A stretch of 63,205 nt of DNA, filler included, from Olpidium bornovanus S191 (Eukaryota > Fungi > Olpidiomycota): assembly GCA_017911155.1 (NCBI GenBank). It is 28 parts of 28 records of this genome, joined end to end, with 100 filler letters (N's around TTAATTAATTAA, not from the genome) between each part and the next. Parts side by side here need not be neighbours in the genome. Positions count along the whole stretch, not along the records: positions 34,421 to 36,394 come from JAEFCI010002975.1; positions 36,495 to 38,271 come from JAEFCI010000762.1; positions 38,372 to 43,782 come from JAEFCI010009301.1; positions 43,883 to 50,189 come from JAEFCI010004274.1; positions 50,290 to 51,593 come from JAEFCI010000600.1; 23 more parts are not named here. One strand, written 5' to 3'. The notes beneath the pieces were generated by a model that was not told the DNA's origin, did no database searches, and worked only from the letters and a program-made list of their open reading frames with translations. Position numbers and translations under genes: made by a program. Position 1 is the stretch's first letter. Each line of letters starts with the position of its first letter. Positions 34,500 to 50,584 of the stretch are shown here, piece by piece.

Positions 34500-35732
34500 A
34501 TGGAGGAGGAGGCCCGGAAGCGGAAGGAGAAGCTGGAGGAGCTCCGGAAGAGAAAGAACCGGCCGGCCACGGCGGCGGCGGACGACGAGAACGCGCGGTC
34601 GAACGGGGGGGGCGGCGGAGCCGACGCGGAATGTCCTCCGAGGTACGCCTGGTGCTCCACCCCCGCGCGGCGGCCGCTAGGGGTACTACGGATACCGCGG
34701 CGGGTAGCGCGCGGCTTGTTGTGTGGCTGGCGACGGCGGTTTTGCCCTCCGGTCCGGCCCTCCCTTCTCCGGTCCCAAGCTCGCCGGCACTGATGTGTAC
34801 CCGGCGTTTCCCACCGGCGGGCGCCGTTTTGCTAACGCGCTTTCTTCTCCGAACCTCCGCGCGACCGCCTCTCGCGCGCGCGTCACCTTGCCCCCGGGCC
34901 GCGGGTCGGCCTTCCGCCCCCTCCCCCCCCTCTTTCCCCCTTGCTCTCTCCTTTGCGCGGCAGTCCAGAAGGCCCGGTGCTCAAGTTCCGGAATTACACG
35001 CCGCGAAACCCGGACCTGTCCGCGCACGTGCGGCACCTGGATCCCTCCACCACCGGGGAAGACGCCGGCGCGGAGACGAACAACGGCACCCTGGGGCTGG
35101 GACCCACGGTGGAGACGCGAGTCAAGGACCTTGCCAAGACCGTTGTGGCCGAGGGGGAGGCCAATTGGAAGAGCGGCGACGTCGTACGTGTGTGAACCGC
35201 CGGGCGGATGTTCTTGGGGTCGAAGGGGAGAGGGCGGTTTTCCAGCAGCCGGCCAGATTCGCGGGGCGGGGCGAAGGGGGAAGGGGCCAGGGGTGGAGAG
35301 CTTGGCAAATTCATATGCGTGCGCCACGCCGGAAAACCTGAGAGCGCTCGCTGCCGTTTTCCGCGCTCTTCCTTTATCCTCCTTGCAGGACCTGCTCAGC
35401 CTGGTTCCAAAGAAGCCGAATTGGGACCTGAAACGAAACCTGGAGCCCAAGTTGGAAAAGCTGGAGCGGCAGACGAAGCGGGCCATAGCAGAGATGATAC
35501 GTGAGTTGCTTGCTGCCCCGCAATTCGGGTTGGTGGGAGGAGGAGGTGGTGATGGGGGGAGGGGGTTCGAAGGCGTTCGCCTCCGGCAAATATCTTATCT
35601 GATTGCTTGCGGGTTTGCACAGATCAACGGCTGCGAGTCGAGGGTGTGGCCGGGGGCAGCAATTTTCTAGACACGGCAGAACGCACGCGGAAGGAGGAGC
35701 AGAGGCTAGAAGAGGAGGAATTGGAGGCGTAG
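34500..35732 (+). CDS. cwf18: Pre-mRNA splicing factor Cwf18/CCDC12 (4 exons)
   Basis: MEEEARKRKEKLEELRKRK, VLKFRNYTP, DLLSLVPKKPNWDLKRNLEPKLEKLERQTKRAIAEMI|HQRL...EELEA*. Confidence 0.95.
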
Positions 35733-37983
35733 CCTGCGGACCGCGAATAGAAAAGCTTTCCCTTTCTGTTCTTTGCGGGCTCCGCTGCTGGAGAATTTGA
35801 GGTGGTTGGCCTGGTCGCCAGGCTTCTGACAACTCCAAGTCGGCGCTTGCTCCGGGCCGCCGTTCCAACACCCAAGAACCACTCTACGGGGCGAGCCGTG
35901 TGCCAGAATCCGGCGCTGTCTAAGCGCCGCGGTCCCCGGTCAATGCCGTCCCGCAAGCGATTCCGGCGTAGCCCGCCTCTGGACTGCTTTTGTTGTCTAC
36001 CGGACGCGGAGTGCTTAGGGCCGACGCCGCCGCCCGTGACCCAGAACGGCAACGGCGCTGGCGTCATCCGCAAGCAAACAATTTTGGTCAAAGAGCACGT
36101 GCTCTGGACACTGACGCGTCGAGCGGCGTAACCGGTGACTCCGGGGGAAGGAGAATGTCGAAGAGAGAAATGAGAGACGTGTCATTTGACGGCTTTGTGT
36201 TCCGACCGGACGCGTATTGCAAGGGTCCAGCACGTCCAACGAGGACGCGTAGAGCGGTTTAGGCAGCGGCGCACATGCTCCCGGTCATCCTCCAGGTTTT
36301 CCGACCGACAGAGGACATTTCGAGGCGCTTTGCCGGATACGTTTCTGCCGGCGTTACTTCAGACAGGCAGCCGACCGCACTACTCCAGCTAACGNNNNNN
36401 NNNNNNNNNNNNNNNNNNNNNNNNNNNNNNNNNNNNNNTTAATTAATTAANNNNNNNNNNNNNNNNNNNNNNNNNNNNNNNNNNNNNNNNNNNNACATGG
36501 ACACGAGCGCAGGCACAGCGCTGTGAGAATACAAGGCCTCCGACGTGGTGCAGGCGGGAGCGTATGCGGGCGGAGTCTAGAAGGTTTTCGGACCCTGGTA
36601 GAAAACGACGGTGCGAAAGGCGTGATGAGGAGCAGACTTCGCAAGCTCGGGGAACCGACCGGAAAACAGTTTTTTTTTTTGCGCACCAGACGTTTTAGCT
36701 GCGCGTTGAACTCCACGTCCTGCTGCGGCGGTTTGCGCGGCTGCGGAAGGCGCCAGAGGTCAGAGACGGCAGGTGACGGAGACAAGCAACCCGTGCGGCT
36801 CGACATAGCAATAGTTTACGAAGCGCGGCCGGCCGGACAGCGCCTACCTTATTTTGCATACAGAGCTGCAGCGCCGCGGCCGCGTCGCCGCACTGCCGGG
36901 TGGACGCGCGGTGGAACGGAAACCGTCAGGAAACAGCAAGCAAGGCCTAAGCCGTTTCCCCGCCGGATCTAGTCAAATCTGGCCCCCCAAGTCCACCGGC
37001 GTCCCCTCCCCTCCCCCACCTCCTTCGCGTCCGGCCCAAAGGTCGACCAGCAGTTCAGCACGACCGAGAACTGGGCGACGCACAACGCCGAGGAACCGCT
37101 GCCCTTCGGTTTGACCTGGACGGACGCGCAGCAAGGTATAGGAAGAAAAAAAAAAATCCCCCCGCCGGAAAGTTTGGTAAGTTGTCATACGCAAAAAAAA
37201 ACAAAGGAAAAAAGCCGCACGGTGCGCGGCAAGGCGCCCCGTTCCGCGTTCGTCCTCCCTCGCCAGAACGTCTCAACTTTTCTCTGGCCCCCTTCGCCTC
37301 CGCCGCGGGCTCTCCGTTAGCCAAACCGGAGCAATTTTTCTTTTTTTTCTCTTCCTCTCATTCTCTGTCCGGCCTACGTAGAAGGCCCCGCCACCTCCTG
37401 CCTCCCCCCGCCTGCCGGCCTCCACTTACCCTTAGCGGGAACCTCGCCGGCAAGGGCAAGGCTGCTACTTGTTTCGACTTCATGGTGGAAGAGTGTCACG
37501 CGGGAACCCTCTCCGAGGCAACGCGGTGGCGGTGCTTTTTTTTTGGTAGGGGGAAATTGGGGGCAGCACCCGCCGCAAAGGAAAAAAAAAATTCTTGGAA
37601 CAGTTATAGACCCACAACGCATAAAAGAATGTATGGGGACATTGACTCAACTTATGCACTAGACACGCACGCGCAAATTCAACCGCACGCGGTACAAGCA
37701 TCCCGCAAACAGAACGACGGCCGCAACGGTGGATGCATATCTTTTCCCGTGCCGTCAAAGCTGTCAAGTCGAATTTTTGTGCTAATCTTCAATATTCGAA
37801 AACATCTTCTCATCAGTCTCTGGTTCGGTTCCGGATCCAGTTTCTGTATCAGAGAGCTCAATGACCATCTCCGGAAGATTGTACGAAAGCGGGATCTTCC
37901 TGTTAAGCATCAGAAGCTCTCGTGATGAAGAGTGTGACGGACAACTTCGGCCAAGCAGATTTTACTTGACCAAATCCGTCCAC

Positions 37984-38079
37984 TCCGTCCGAGTGAGGAT
38001 AATGCTTCCAATTTGCGCGAAAACTGCATCTTTCTAAATCATCGTGGGAATGGTCATTTACGCGCTCAATACTGTATTC
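37984..38079 (-). mobile_element. Chromodomain remnant (chromovirus integrase-like)
   Basis: EYSIERVNDHSHDDLERCSFRANWKHYPHSDG resembles EYEVE.I.DH......YLVKWKGY. It sits in lower-GC, intronless, stop-rich DNA. Confidence 0.45.
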
Positions 38080-38487
38080 ATCACCTGTCTTTTTATTGGA
38101 ATCATCCGAGATGTTGTCAAGCGATAAATGTGGGTTGGTGATGGTTGTAAAACGCTGGCGCGGAGCTGACACCAAGATTCCCAACTGCTGGGATCATTCC
38201 TGTCGTACGACTCCGTGTGGTTCGCTTAAAAATTGCGGGCAGAGCCTTCGAGCTTGGCCTATGCATGCGCANNNNNNNNNNNNNNNNNNNNNNNNNNNNN
38301 NNNNNNNNNNNNNNNTTAATTAATTAANNNNNNNNNNNNNNNNNNNNNNNNNNNNNNNNNNNNNNNNNNNNGCGGCGGGGGCGCGGGGGGGGGGGGGGGG
38401 GGGGGGATCTGGCCCCTGCTCGGAGGAAGCGGGGGAGCACGCGCGAACCGGGGAGGGGGCGGGGGGAAGAGGCGGCCGGCCACTCAC

Positions 38488-38876
38488 CTCCTCAGAACCA
38501 GCCTCTTGCCCACGGTCTTCATCGTGTGCGCATAGAACCTCCCGAGGCCCAGCAGGGACCCGCCGCTTCCGCGCCCGGCGCCGCGCGCCTTCCGTTTTCG
38601 TCTCGGACTTGGCCCGGCATCGGCGGCGGCGCGGGTCTCGCGACCGGCGGCGGCGCCGCCGACAACCTCCGCGCCGAGGGGGGGACACCGGGCGGCGCCC
38701 GGCGCCGGCGCCCGCGCGACGCTCCCGGGCCCTCCCCGGCCGTGCTCTTCGTGCTCGCGGTCGTGGCGGGTGACCATGAGAAAGGCGGCCTGGTAGAGGA
38801 AGTTCATCCGCTGCAGGGCCTCCGCGTTCGCGACGTTCTGCGAGCCCTTCTGGTTCTTCTTTCTCTTCTTTCCCAT
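38488..38876 (-). CDS. RPR2: RNase P/MRP subunit Rpr2/Rpp21, first exon
   Basis: QRMNFLYQAAFL...LGRFYAHTMKTVGKRLVLR, followed by a GTGAGT donor. Confidence 0.92.
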
Positions 38877-41016
38877 GGTCGTTCGGGCCCCGGCGGGGCA
38901 GGCGGCGGCGGCGGGCGAGGGCGTCGGCTGGCGCGGCGAGCGGGCGGACGTCGGCGACCAGGAGCCGGCGCCTGGACGGGGAGACGGGGTTGCGAAGAGA
39001 AAAAGGTATGACACAAAAAAAAAACAACCTTAAACCCGAAACAGAAATTCCCTTCCCCCCCCCCCTCACCACGGCCTTCCTACCCCAGTAAAAGAACCAG
39101 AGGCGTGGCGAAATGGGAGGCGAAGGCGGCCGGCTGTGAAGGACCTCTTCAAACGGTCTCTCCTGAAAGGGAAGGAGGCTCGAGCAGGCCAAACGAGACG
39201 ATCAAGAATCGACCAACAACGATTCAGGCCGCACCTGTTTTTGCGCTTGTCAATGACCCCGAGGGGGGCGGGGAAGCCGCAAATGAGATGGAAACCTCAA
39301 AAAAGCGTATCATTCCGAAACCGTTTGATCGCGCGACTTTCGCGACTTTCGCGCGGCGGGTGACGGCGGGCGACGTCAAAAGTTTGCGCGGCCGCACTCC
39401 CGCGGTCGGCGGCTCAGACCCTGAACTTTCGAGTACGCGATCGCTGACGCCTTCAATCGTCGATTTTTGATCATTTCGTTCGGGCAAGTTACGCTGCGGC
39501 CGCCGTCGTTTGCCTTCCCCGAAGGTCTGCGCAGACTCGAGTTCTTGCTCTTGCCACCTGACGTTCAATGCTGCGGCGTAGACGGGCCGTCCGATCATGA
39601 TTACTATACGCGGCTGGATCCCGTCGACGACGACTCGTACATTCAATGCTGATTCCTGGTGGATTAAGCGGCCGCTCCGCCACACGACTGCGGAACTCTT
39701 AAGCGATTTCGTCCCGCCTGTGCCGGGCCGCAATTCGACCGACGCGGTTCCATGGTCCGCGCATGACAGCTGGAACATTCGGCTTGCTGGCAGACTGGGC
39801 GTTCCACCGCGAGATCTTTCCGGCGCTGACCTCTTGCACAACGGATGGACATGCGCGGACCCAAAGTTCTACTTTTTTGCAAACATCTGACAGTGTAACG
39901 TTTGCGGAAGGGAAACTTTGTCGGAACTAGGGAAGGCGGGGCAGGCGACGGCCATAATGGAAATGGAAACAGCGGCGGCAACGGAGACCGAGCGCCCCCA
40001 GCAAGACATCGTTGTCTTTGGAACGAGCCCCCCTTTGGCGCATAAGGGGCACATACCAGAACGAGGCACCCCCCTTCCCCCCCCCCTGCGAAGCACAACG
40101 GGAGCAAGCCGGAAAGGAAGCCCCCTTGAAAATCGACCAATGAAAAAATCAGAATAAAGCGTCAGAGAGCCTCTTTCCTTTCTTTATGCTTAGCCTAAAC
40201 CGGGTATGTTTTGCTCGGACGGGCCAACCCCGACTTCACTTTTTTTTTTTTTTTTTTTGTCGCGCAGCCCCGGGCGTCTCTCTCCCCTTCCTCCATCGGC
40301 GGCATTGTGTGCGCGCGCATATTTATTTATTTATTTTTTTTTTTTTTGGAAGGGGGAAGAAGAAAGTTGAGCACCGCCCGGTCGCAGAGCATCTGTGGAC
40401 GGCTGAGCAGTTGAGCGGAGAACGCAGACGGCAGAATGACGCGAGGGACGCGGACGGCGGCTGAAGTGAACACGACCGAACGCGGTCGGCAATGAACACG
40501 GCTGAAAGCAGTCAGCGGTTTTTTACAGCAGGCACGCGTACGCACGTCAACTCGGGCTTCAAGCTGCTTACAGTGGTAACCGTGCTCCTTCTTTCTTTCT
40601 GTCCTAGTATTATTATCGCCTTCCAGGTGCTAAATACAACAAAAGCTTTCCTTGGTCCCTTGATTTGGTTTCCTTGATCCGTTGTCGTATGCTACTGTGT
40701 GACTCTGCAAAAACCGCTCCAATCCTCTTCGCCGAAACGGACTTCCAAGTGTTCCTGACAGCAATGCTAATCATAGTTTTGAGCCCAGTGCCATTGGGGA
40801 AACCCCGCTCTGTTAAATGCACGTCTTCTGCTAAAACCTTGCTCTTTTCTTCCTCCGTTGCAGCGGTTCGGGTCCGCCGCGAAGTCTAAGCCTGCTCTTT
40901 CATAAATGGTAATTAAATTAAATGCTTCGCATCCAAACTCGGGGAGTGGAGTGTATGAGAGCGTATTCCCGTGAGAAAAAAAAAAACCCCACCACCCAGC
41001 CAACCCCCTTTTTTTC

Positions 41017-41105
<89 letters not shown>

Positions 41106-41148
41106 AAAAAACCGCGGAAAGAAACGTCTGCGAGAAGCGAAAAGTGCG

Positions 41149-43248
41149 ATGAGCATCGGCACGGCTCGCCCCTTCGCGCCCGCACGGGATTCGTGCCGCC
41201 GCGGTTCCGCTGCACCGCCAGCAGCCCAGCCGCACTGTGCGGCGGATGCGGGCCAACATGGGCAGCAGGCGCGCGCGGACCAAGAGGACACGCCGTCCGT
41301 GCCCGGCGAGGAAGAGGACCAGGAGGAGGAGGAGGAGGAGGAGGAAGACGAAGTGTACGTCGCCGACGCGGACGTGGCCGACTTCGTACCTCTTGCCAGC
41401 GACTCCGAACCAATGACCGACGACGACGACGCGGACGGCGACGAGGTGCGCGGCGAGGCCGCCGCGGCAGAGGCGGGAGAGGCTATGGAAGATGGCGGCG
41501 CGGCGGAAGAGAACGTGGTCGACACCTCGGTGCAGGGCTTCTTCGCGCACAAAGGTCTGCATTTCGGCCGGTAGGGATGCAAAATGTGTACACCCGGGCG
41601 GCACACCTATGTTCTGAACGGGGCGGCGGCTGCGGCGGCGGCGGCGCCCGGGGTCTGCTCTGTTTTGCGCCCTTTTTTTTCCACCCCTTGTTTGTCGAAA
41701 CGCAAACCGCAACGGCGGCGGCGCCCCGCGGGAGTCAAGACCCTGCACTAAACCCCCGCCGGGCGTCGCTTGTTCTTCTTCCTGTCCAAAATGCCAGAAC
41801 CCGTGTACGCAATGCACATCCACCCTCTCGACGAGCATCTGGTGGCCTCGGGCGGGGGAGACGATAAAATGTACCTCTGGCGGTCGGACACGGGCGACAC
41901 GGTCCGCGTGTTTGGAGGACACGCGGACTCGGTAGTCAGCGTCAAATTCAGCGCCAACGGCGAGTTCGTGGCGAGCGGCGGCATGGACGGAAAGGTTCTG
42001 GTGTATCGGTCCGCCACGGGCGAGCTCGCCGTCGAGCTGGAGGGTCCGGACGAGGTCGTGGTGAGTTGGGAGCGCTCGCTTGCGCACTTTGTTTTTTCTC
42101 CTGTTCGCGAACATTGGTCGTCGCCGAAGTCGTTTTTCTCGTCTCACGCGACACCTCTGGCAGTGGATCGACTGGCACCCGAAAGGGAACATCCTCCTCG
42201 CCGGCTCTTCCGACGGGACGATCTGGATGTGGTTAGGTACGACAGCTTGCTCCGTCGCACGTGGCGGGAGCCTGTGGGGACGGCTCGTGAAACTGACCTC
42301 GCCTCCGGCAGTGCCCTCTGCTACGTGCCCAAAAGTGTTTTCCGGGCACTCGGGCCCGGTTTCCGCCGGGCGGTTTACCCCTGACGGAAAGAAGATTGTC
42401 AGCGTTTCGGAGGATTCCTCCTTCGTTCTTTGGGATCCGAAGACCGCCTCGGCGCTGCTTCGCCTTTCCGGTGAGTGGAGCAGGTTTTCGACGAGCGTTG
42501 GAAGCGACGACGGCGCAAGCTGATTTTGGACGCTTTTTTGTTTCGAAGGCGAGGACGCCAGGTTCCACACCGGCTCAATAACGTGCGTCGCCGTGAACAG
42601 AGAGTCGACGCTGGCAATAACGGGTTCCGAAGACGGCACGGCCCGGCTTATCAACCTCCAATCCGGAGTAATCCTGGCGGCCCTTGACAACCACTCCGCG
42701 TCAATAGAAAGCGTGGGGTTCTGTGATACGTGCGTCTCGCTGGCGCAAGGGGTTTCGCTTAGCGCAGCAAATTGTGATTCAATGCCTTGTCTGACGTCAC
42801 ATTATTTGCTTCCGCTTTTTTTTGTCGGTGGTTTGAACGGTCCTTTTCGGGCTTCGCTTTCGGTTTTCTGCATTACGGTCGCACGTACGCAATCGCCGAC
42901 CGTCCCGCTTCTTTTTTTTTTTAAAAAAAAAGTATCCCGCTCGTCGCCACCGCCGGCGTGGACGGCCAGGTGTCGATTTGGGACGTGCAGACGTTCGCCC
43001 TCCGCATCGTGCTTACCGGACACGCGGACGCCGTGACTCAGCTTGCCTGGCACCGCCTCTCGCCGGTGCTGACAACATGCTCGGCCGACGGAACGGTGTT
43101 GACGTGGGACGCCCGCAGCGGCGAATGCGTCAGCAAGCAGGGGGGTCATTTCGGAGCCGTCCTGTCCCTAGGCGTCACCGCGGACGGGAGAAGGGCTATT
43201 TCCGGCGGCGACGACGGCGTTTGTCTCGTGTTTGATCTGCTACAATGA
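41149..43248 (+). CDS. SQT1: Sqt1/AAMP WD40 chaperone for ribosomal protein uL16
   Basis: Acidic N-terminus, DTSVQGFFAHK|EPVY..HP..LVASGGGDD, GHADSV..FSANGEFVASGGMDG, GPDEVV|WIDWHPKGNILLAGSSDG, ending SGGDDGVCLVFDLLQ*. Confidence 0.94.
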
Positions 43249-44385
43249 GAAACTGGGAATAGAGCAGCGCGTTCGTATAGATAGGTTCGCCTTCGTTCTC
43301 CCCGGTTTTTTTTTTATCTTCTTCTTCCTCGCTGCGCCTTTGCGGCCGTTCTTTCGGGTTCCTCATCCTGCCGCGCGCGCCAGGTGATCTGCATATCTGT
43401 TTTCCGGCGAAACGCAATGACGGGCACTTTGCGGGGGGTCAGCCAGGTCACCACCGCAGCCAAGTATTTCTCGTCACTTCGTCCACCTCGCCAGCCCCGC
43501 GGAGAACGACGTTGGAGCGCCGCGCCTGGCGCGGGTGGGCGGGCACGGAAACAAGGGGGGATTTGGAAAGGAGGGCACTGAGGAGGGATGGTTCCAAGCG
43601 CAGAGAGAACAAGCTACTGGTTTTTTTTTCTTTTTTTTTTTTTTTTTTTTTCCCTCTCCTTTGCGAAGGGAAACCGCACCAGGCGCGCGCCGCGGAGAGG
43701 CCAAACGAAAATCGCCCGCGTTTGGAATGTCAAGTGTCGGGAAGGGGAAGAGCGCGTGAGGCGGGGGGGGGGGGGGGGGGAANNNNNNNNNNNNNNNNNN
43801 NNNNNNNNNNNNNNNNNNNNNNNNNNTTAATTAATTAANNNNNNNNNNNNNNNNNNNNNNNNNNNNNNNNNNNNNNNNNNNNCCCCCCCCGGCGCCCGCC
43901 CGCCCCGCCTTTCCCCGGCCCCTTCTCCCGCCCTTTCCCTCTCGCTGAAGCGAACGGGGTTTTGCGCCGCCTCGCGCCTCCTTCCTCAGACTCCTCGCAG
44001 CTCCAGGGAAAAACCCCCCCCCCCTTCCTTGTCGGCTTCCCCCCCCCGCCCTCCGCTCCCCTCCCGCTCGTTCGCACTCTTTCAGGCCGGGGCCCGGTTT
44101 TCCCTGCCACGCTGTCGTCCCTGGTCCGCGGCCGCCGGGAGCGGCAGGTCATCTGCTCCGCGGGCGTCGTGAGCTCGCTCCGCGGCACAGCCGCCCGGCC
44201 TGCTCGTGCGAGCACGGTCGTCGAGGCCGCGGCCGCTGCAGACCGCCGCCGTTGATAAAAAAAAAAAAAAAAAGGCGGGCTGCGGCTTCAGTTTCCCCAC
44301 CCGCCCCCGGCAGCCGGCGCAGCTGCTCGCGGAGGAGTCAAAATCCAAGATAAAAAAAAAAAAAAAAAAAAGCGGCGGCGCGAGT

Positions 44386-47901
<3,516 letters not shown>

Positions 47902-49071
47902 ATTCACGTACAAAGCAGAGATTTTTTTCCATTGAGTCGCCGGTCGAGCAGGCGGCGCATCGCCCGGCCGAGTCTTGGAGATTGGCAGGCAGTCGGCCAA
48001 AGCCGCGCGGTCATAATATCCATCCGCATTTTGCGCGCACGCGCCGCGCGCCGCGCGTCCTGTGGTTAAGCAGTGCTTTATTTTGGCAAAGGAAAAAAAA
48101 AAAAAAACCGAGGTAAGCGTGCGTCGGCACACTGGCCGTTTTCCCTGAGACATTCGGCGAGGCAGGATGAAACTTCTCTCCCTTGCCCGCGACGCGGAAC
48201 CACGTTTGACGAGGCGTGTAACGAGGGCCGCTCATAGTTGGGTTTCTAATGGAAGGCTTGTTGCACATTGTACTGCGGAAGGTTTTCAAGTCCGTTGTAT
48301 CAAAAGTCGTGTTCACGAGTTTAGTTCTTTACAGAAGACGCATGGAAAACTTTGCTTTCCGTCTTGAGGGAGGTTTCGGGAGCCCGGGTCGCGCACGACT
48401 TGGGGTGGGGTCAACTCCGGGAAACGCGACCCCCTGAATTGGGGGTTCTCCCAAGACGGACCAAGGCGAGCATCAAAATCCCTGTGCTTTCCCAGCCGGC
48501 GCGCGTGGAATAGGCGAAGGCGTGCGGCAACCGCAGGTGCCGGACGGGGCGCCCCGCGACTTCATTGTGCTTTTTGTCGACGATGCAGCCAGTGGGCAGG
48601 GGGGAGGGGGGGACTCTGCGAAGGGGCGTCAACGAAGGCCGCATCGCCGTAGGGTATCCGCGGGCGCTGTGGTCGCCACCTGGGGTGAAGCAGAAAGGCG
48701 CGGGCCCGATCGACCCAACAACCGCCTTCCCCAAACCACAATGCCGTGCTCGCTTTCCTTTGTGTGCATGTAGGCTGTCTGCGGAAAATGGCCAGTCATC
48801 AATTGCGCTTCGAGCAAGCGTCCCTCGGGGCCAAATCCCCACGGCTTTTACGCGATCCCGGCCGGGTATCGTGTCATCCCTACGCTTCAGGCGCCCTTCG
48901 GCGGCGGCATCTGGGGCCGACCCGCCGGTTCGTTCCTTTTGTGTTCTGATTTTTTTTTTTGGTTTTTTTTTTTTTTTTTTTTTTTTCTGGCCCGAGGCCG
49001 GCTCACCTCTTCCCGGCACCGATTCTCCTCCTCCTCCTCCTCCCCCCGCCCCCCCTCCCCCCCGCCCCGCG

Positions 49072-49259
49072 TGTAGAGAATAAAGGGGCAAAATAAAGGG
49101 GGAAGCTTAGACACTGCGCGCACCAGCCCGCGTTGCCCCTTTCTAAAATCCCCTGCTCCCGTGGTATAAAATAGAGCTAGAGCAAACTAGTAAACAAACG
49201 CCCAGAATACAGAATAAAGTTCTCCTTCCTTCGTCTTCGTCTTCGGCCCGGCTCCAACA
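49072..49259 (+). mobile_element. 5' LTR (188 bp) of a retrotransposon
   Basis: TGTAG...CAACA ends, TATAAAA at 49165 and AATAAA at 49213. The PBS follows immediately, then gag. Confidence 0.8.
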
Positions 49260-49271
49260 GGTTATGAGCCC
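49260..49271 (+). promoter_or_regulatory. Primer-binding site for 5'-half tRNAiMet (GGTTATGAGCCC)
   Basis: Exact complement of the initiator tRNA anticodon arm GGGCTCATAACC, directly adjacent to the LTR CA end. Same type as the Ty5/copia PBS. Confidence 0.85.
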
Positions 49272-49346
49272 AAACCAACGACTCTCTGTCCAAAGCAAAG
49301 AAGAGGAAAAGGAAAGGCCGACCATGGAGAGCCGCCAACTCCCGAG

Positions 49347-50189
49347 ATGCAGCAGCCGACTGCGGCTGCGCGACGAGACCGCAAGTATGCCGGGAGCACT
49401 GGCGCGCCCCGAGAGCCACGACGGCGCCGCGTCGACGACCTCCCGCCTCTCCCACCTATCGGTAGCGGATTCCCTCCGGGCGCTCAACTGGAGGACGAAT
49501 GGAGACAGCGAGAAAGAGAAATGGAGTACCTCCGTCTGCGTCTTTCCCGAGCAGAGGAACGCTCCAGAATGCTGGAAGCGGTGCTCGAGGCGCAAGAGGA
49601 CGAAAGAGAAGGCGTCAAGCCAGAAGAAAAGGACGCGGATGCCGACCGCGACCGCGACGAGCAAGCCCGCCAAGAACGTGTCGAGAGATTCCTCCGGGTG
49701 GACTTGAGCACACGAAGGCTTCACGGCTACGCCGAAGACGAAGGCGACCCCAAAAAGACCAGAAACGGTCTACTGGCAAGAGCCATGCTGGGGGCGGTCC
49801 CCAACTACTCGGGCTCAGGAGGGGCTGCTGCACTCACGAATTTCGCCAGCAAACTTGAGGCTGCTGCGGAACAAGCAAACCTATCAAGCCAAGAGACGCT
49901 CGCTCCGGCAACTCACCGCCTGACAGGGCGGGCGGCGATACTGTGGCAAAGCCACGCAAACGAACACCGCCGGGGCTACCCTCACCGCTGGACGCGCTGG
50001 GAACAACTACGAGAAGAACTGGAGCGGCTTTTCTTTCCCTGCAAGCACCTCCAAGTCGTAATGAACGAACTTGTCACGGCGCGCCCGCTACGGTGGCGTC
50101 AAACCCCTCAGGCCGCGTCAAGCCCCTCTCGGGAACGCCTGCCGAGCTACGGTCACGTGATCCAGAAATCGCCGAGACCACTAGACACA
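49347..50189 (+). mobile_element. Retrotransposon gag-like ORF (truncated at gap)
   Basis: Coiled-coil, then VPNYSGS..LTNFASKLE..ATHRLTGRAAILWQ..WTRWEQLREELERLFFP, a capsid-type gag pattern. Confidence 0.78.
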
Positions 50190-50584
50190 NNNNNNNNNNN
50201 NNNNNNNNNNNNNNNNNNNNNNNNNNNNNNNNNTTAATTAATTAANNNNNNNNNNNNNNNNNNNNNNNNNNNNNNNNNNNNNNNNNNNNACGCGCGAGCG
50301 CGCGCGCGCGCAACGCGCAGAGGCAGGGCGGGGGGCGCGCGACACATATCCCCGCGCAGCGTGAAAGAGCGCAGAGGGCGAGAGCGCGCGCGATCTGCAT
50401 AAGAGGGCCCCCCCCCCCCCCCGCGGCCAACGCCCTTCCCCTCCTCCTTCTCGTCGCTCCGGCGCTCCTTTCCCTCCTCCGCCTCCTCCTTTCTTCTCCT
50501 CCTCCTCGTCGTCGTCGCCGTGGCTCTTGCAGCGGACCCCTCCCCTCCAACCCACTCACCTCCCCACTCCTCTCCCACCCCACC

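Noticed and set aside
39467-39890. QCCGVDGPSD tetraspanin-like CCG motif
   Set aside because: No flanking TM helices, the frame stops soon after, and no consistent splice path was found.
40613-40822. AVRNTWKSVSAKRIGAVF resembling a Tc1/mariner C-terminus
   Set aside because: No upstream SPDLNPIE or DDE motifs and no TIRs. Too weak.
40918-42690. 590-aa minus-strand ORF, the longest in the track
   Set aside because: Antisense shadow of SQT1 read through homopolymer tracts. The plus-strand spliced WD40 gene explains the region.
50290-50315. (CG)n alternating tract with Z-DNA potential upstream of the GT15 gene
   Set aside because: Short, at a contig edge, and expected in a CpG-rich genome.
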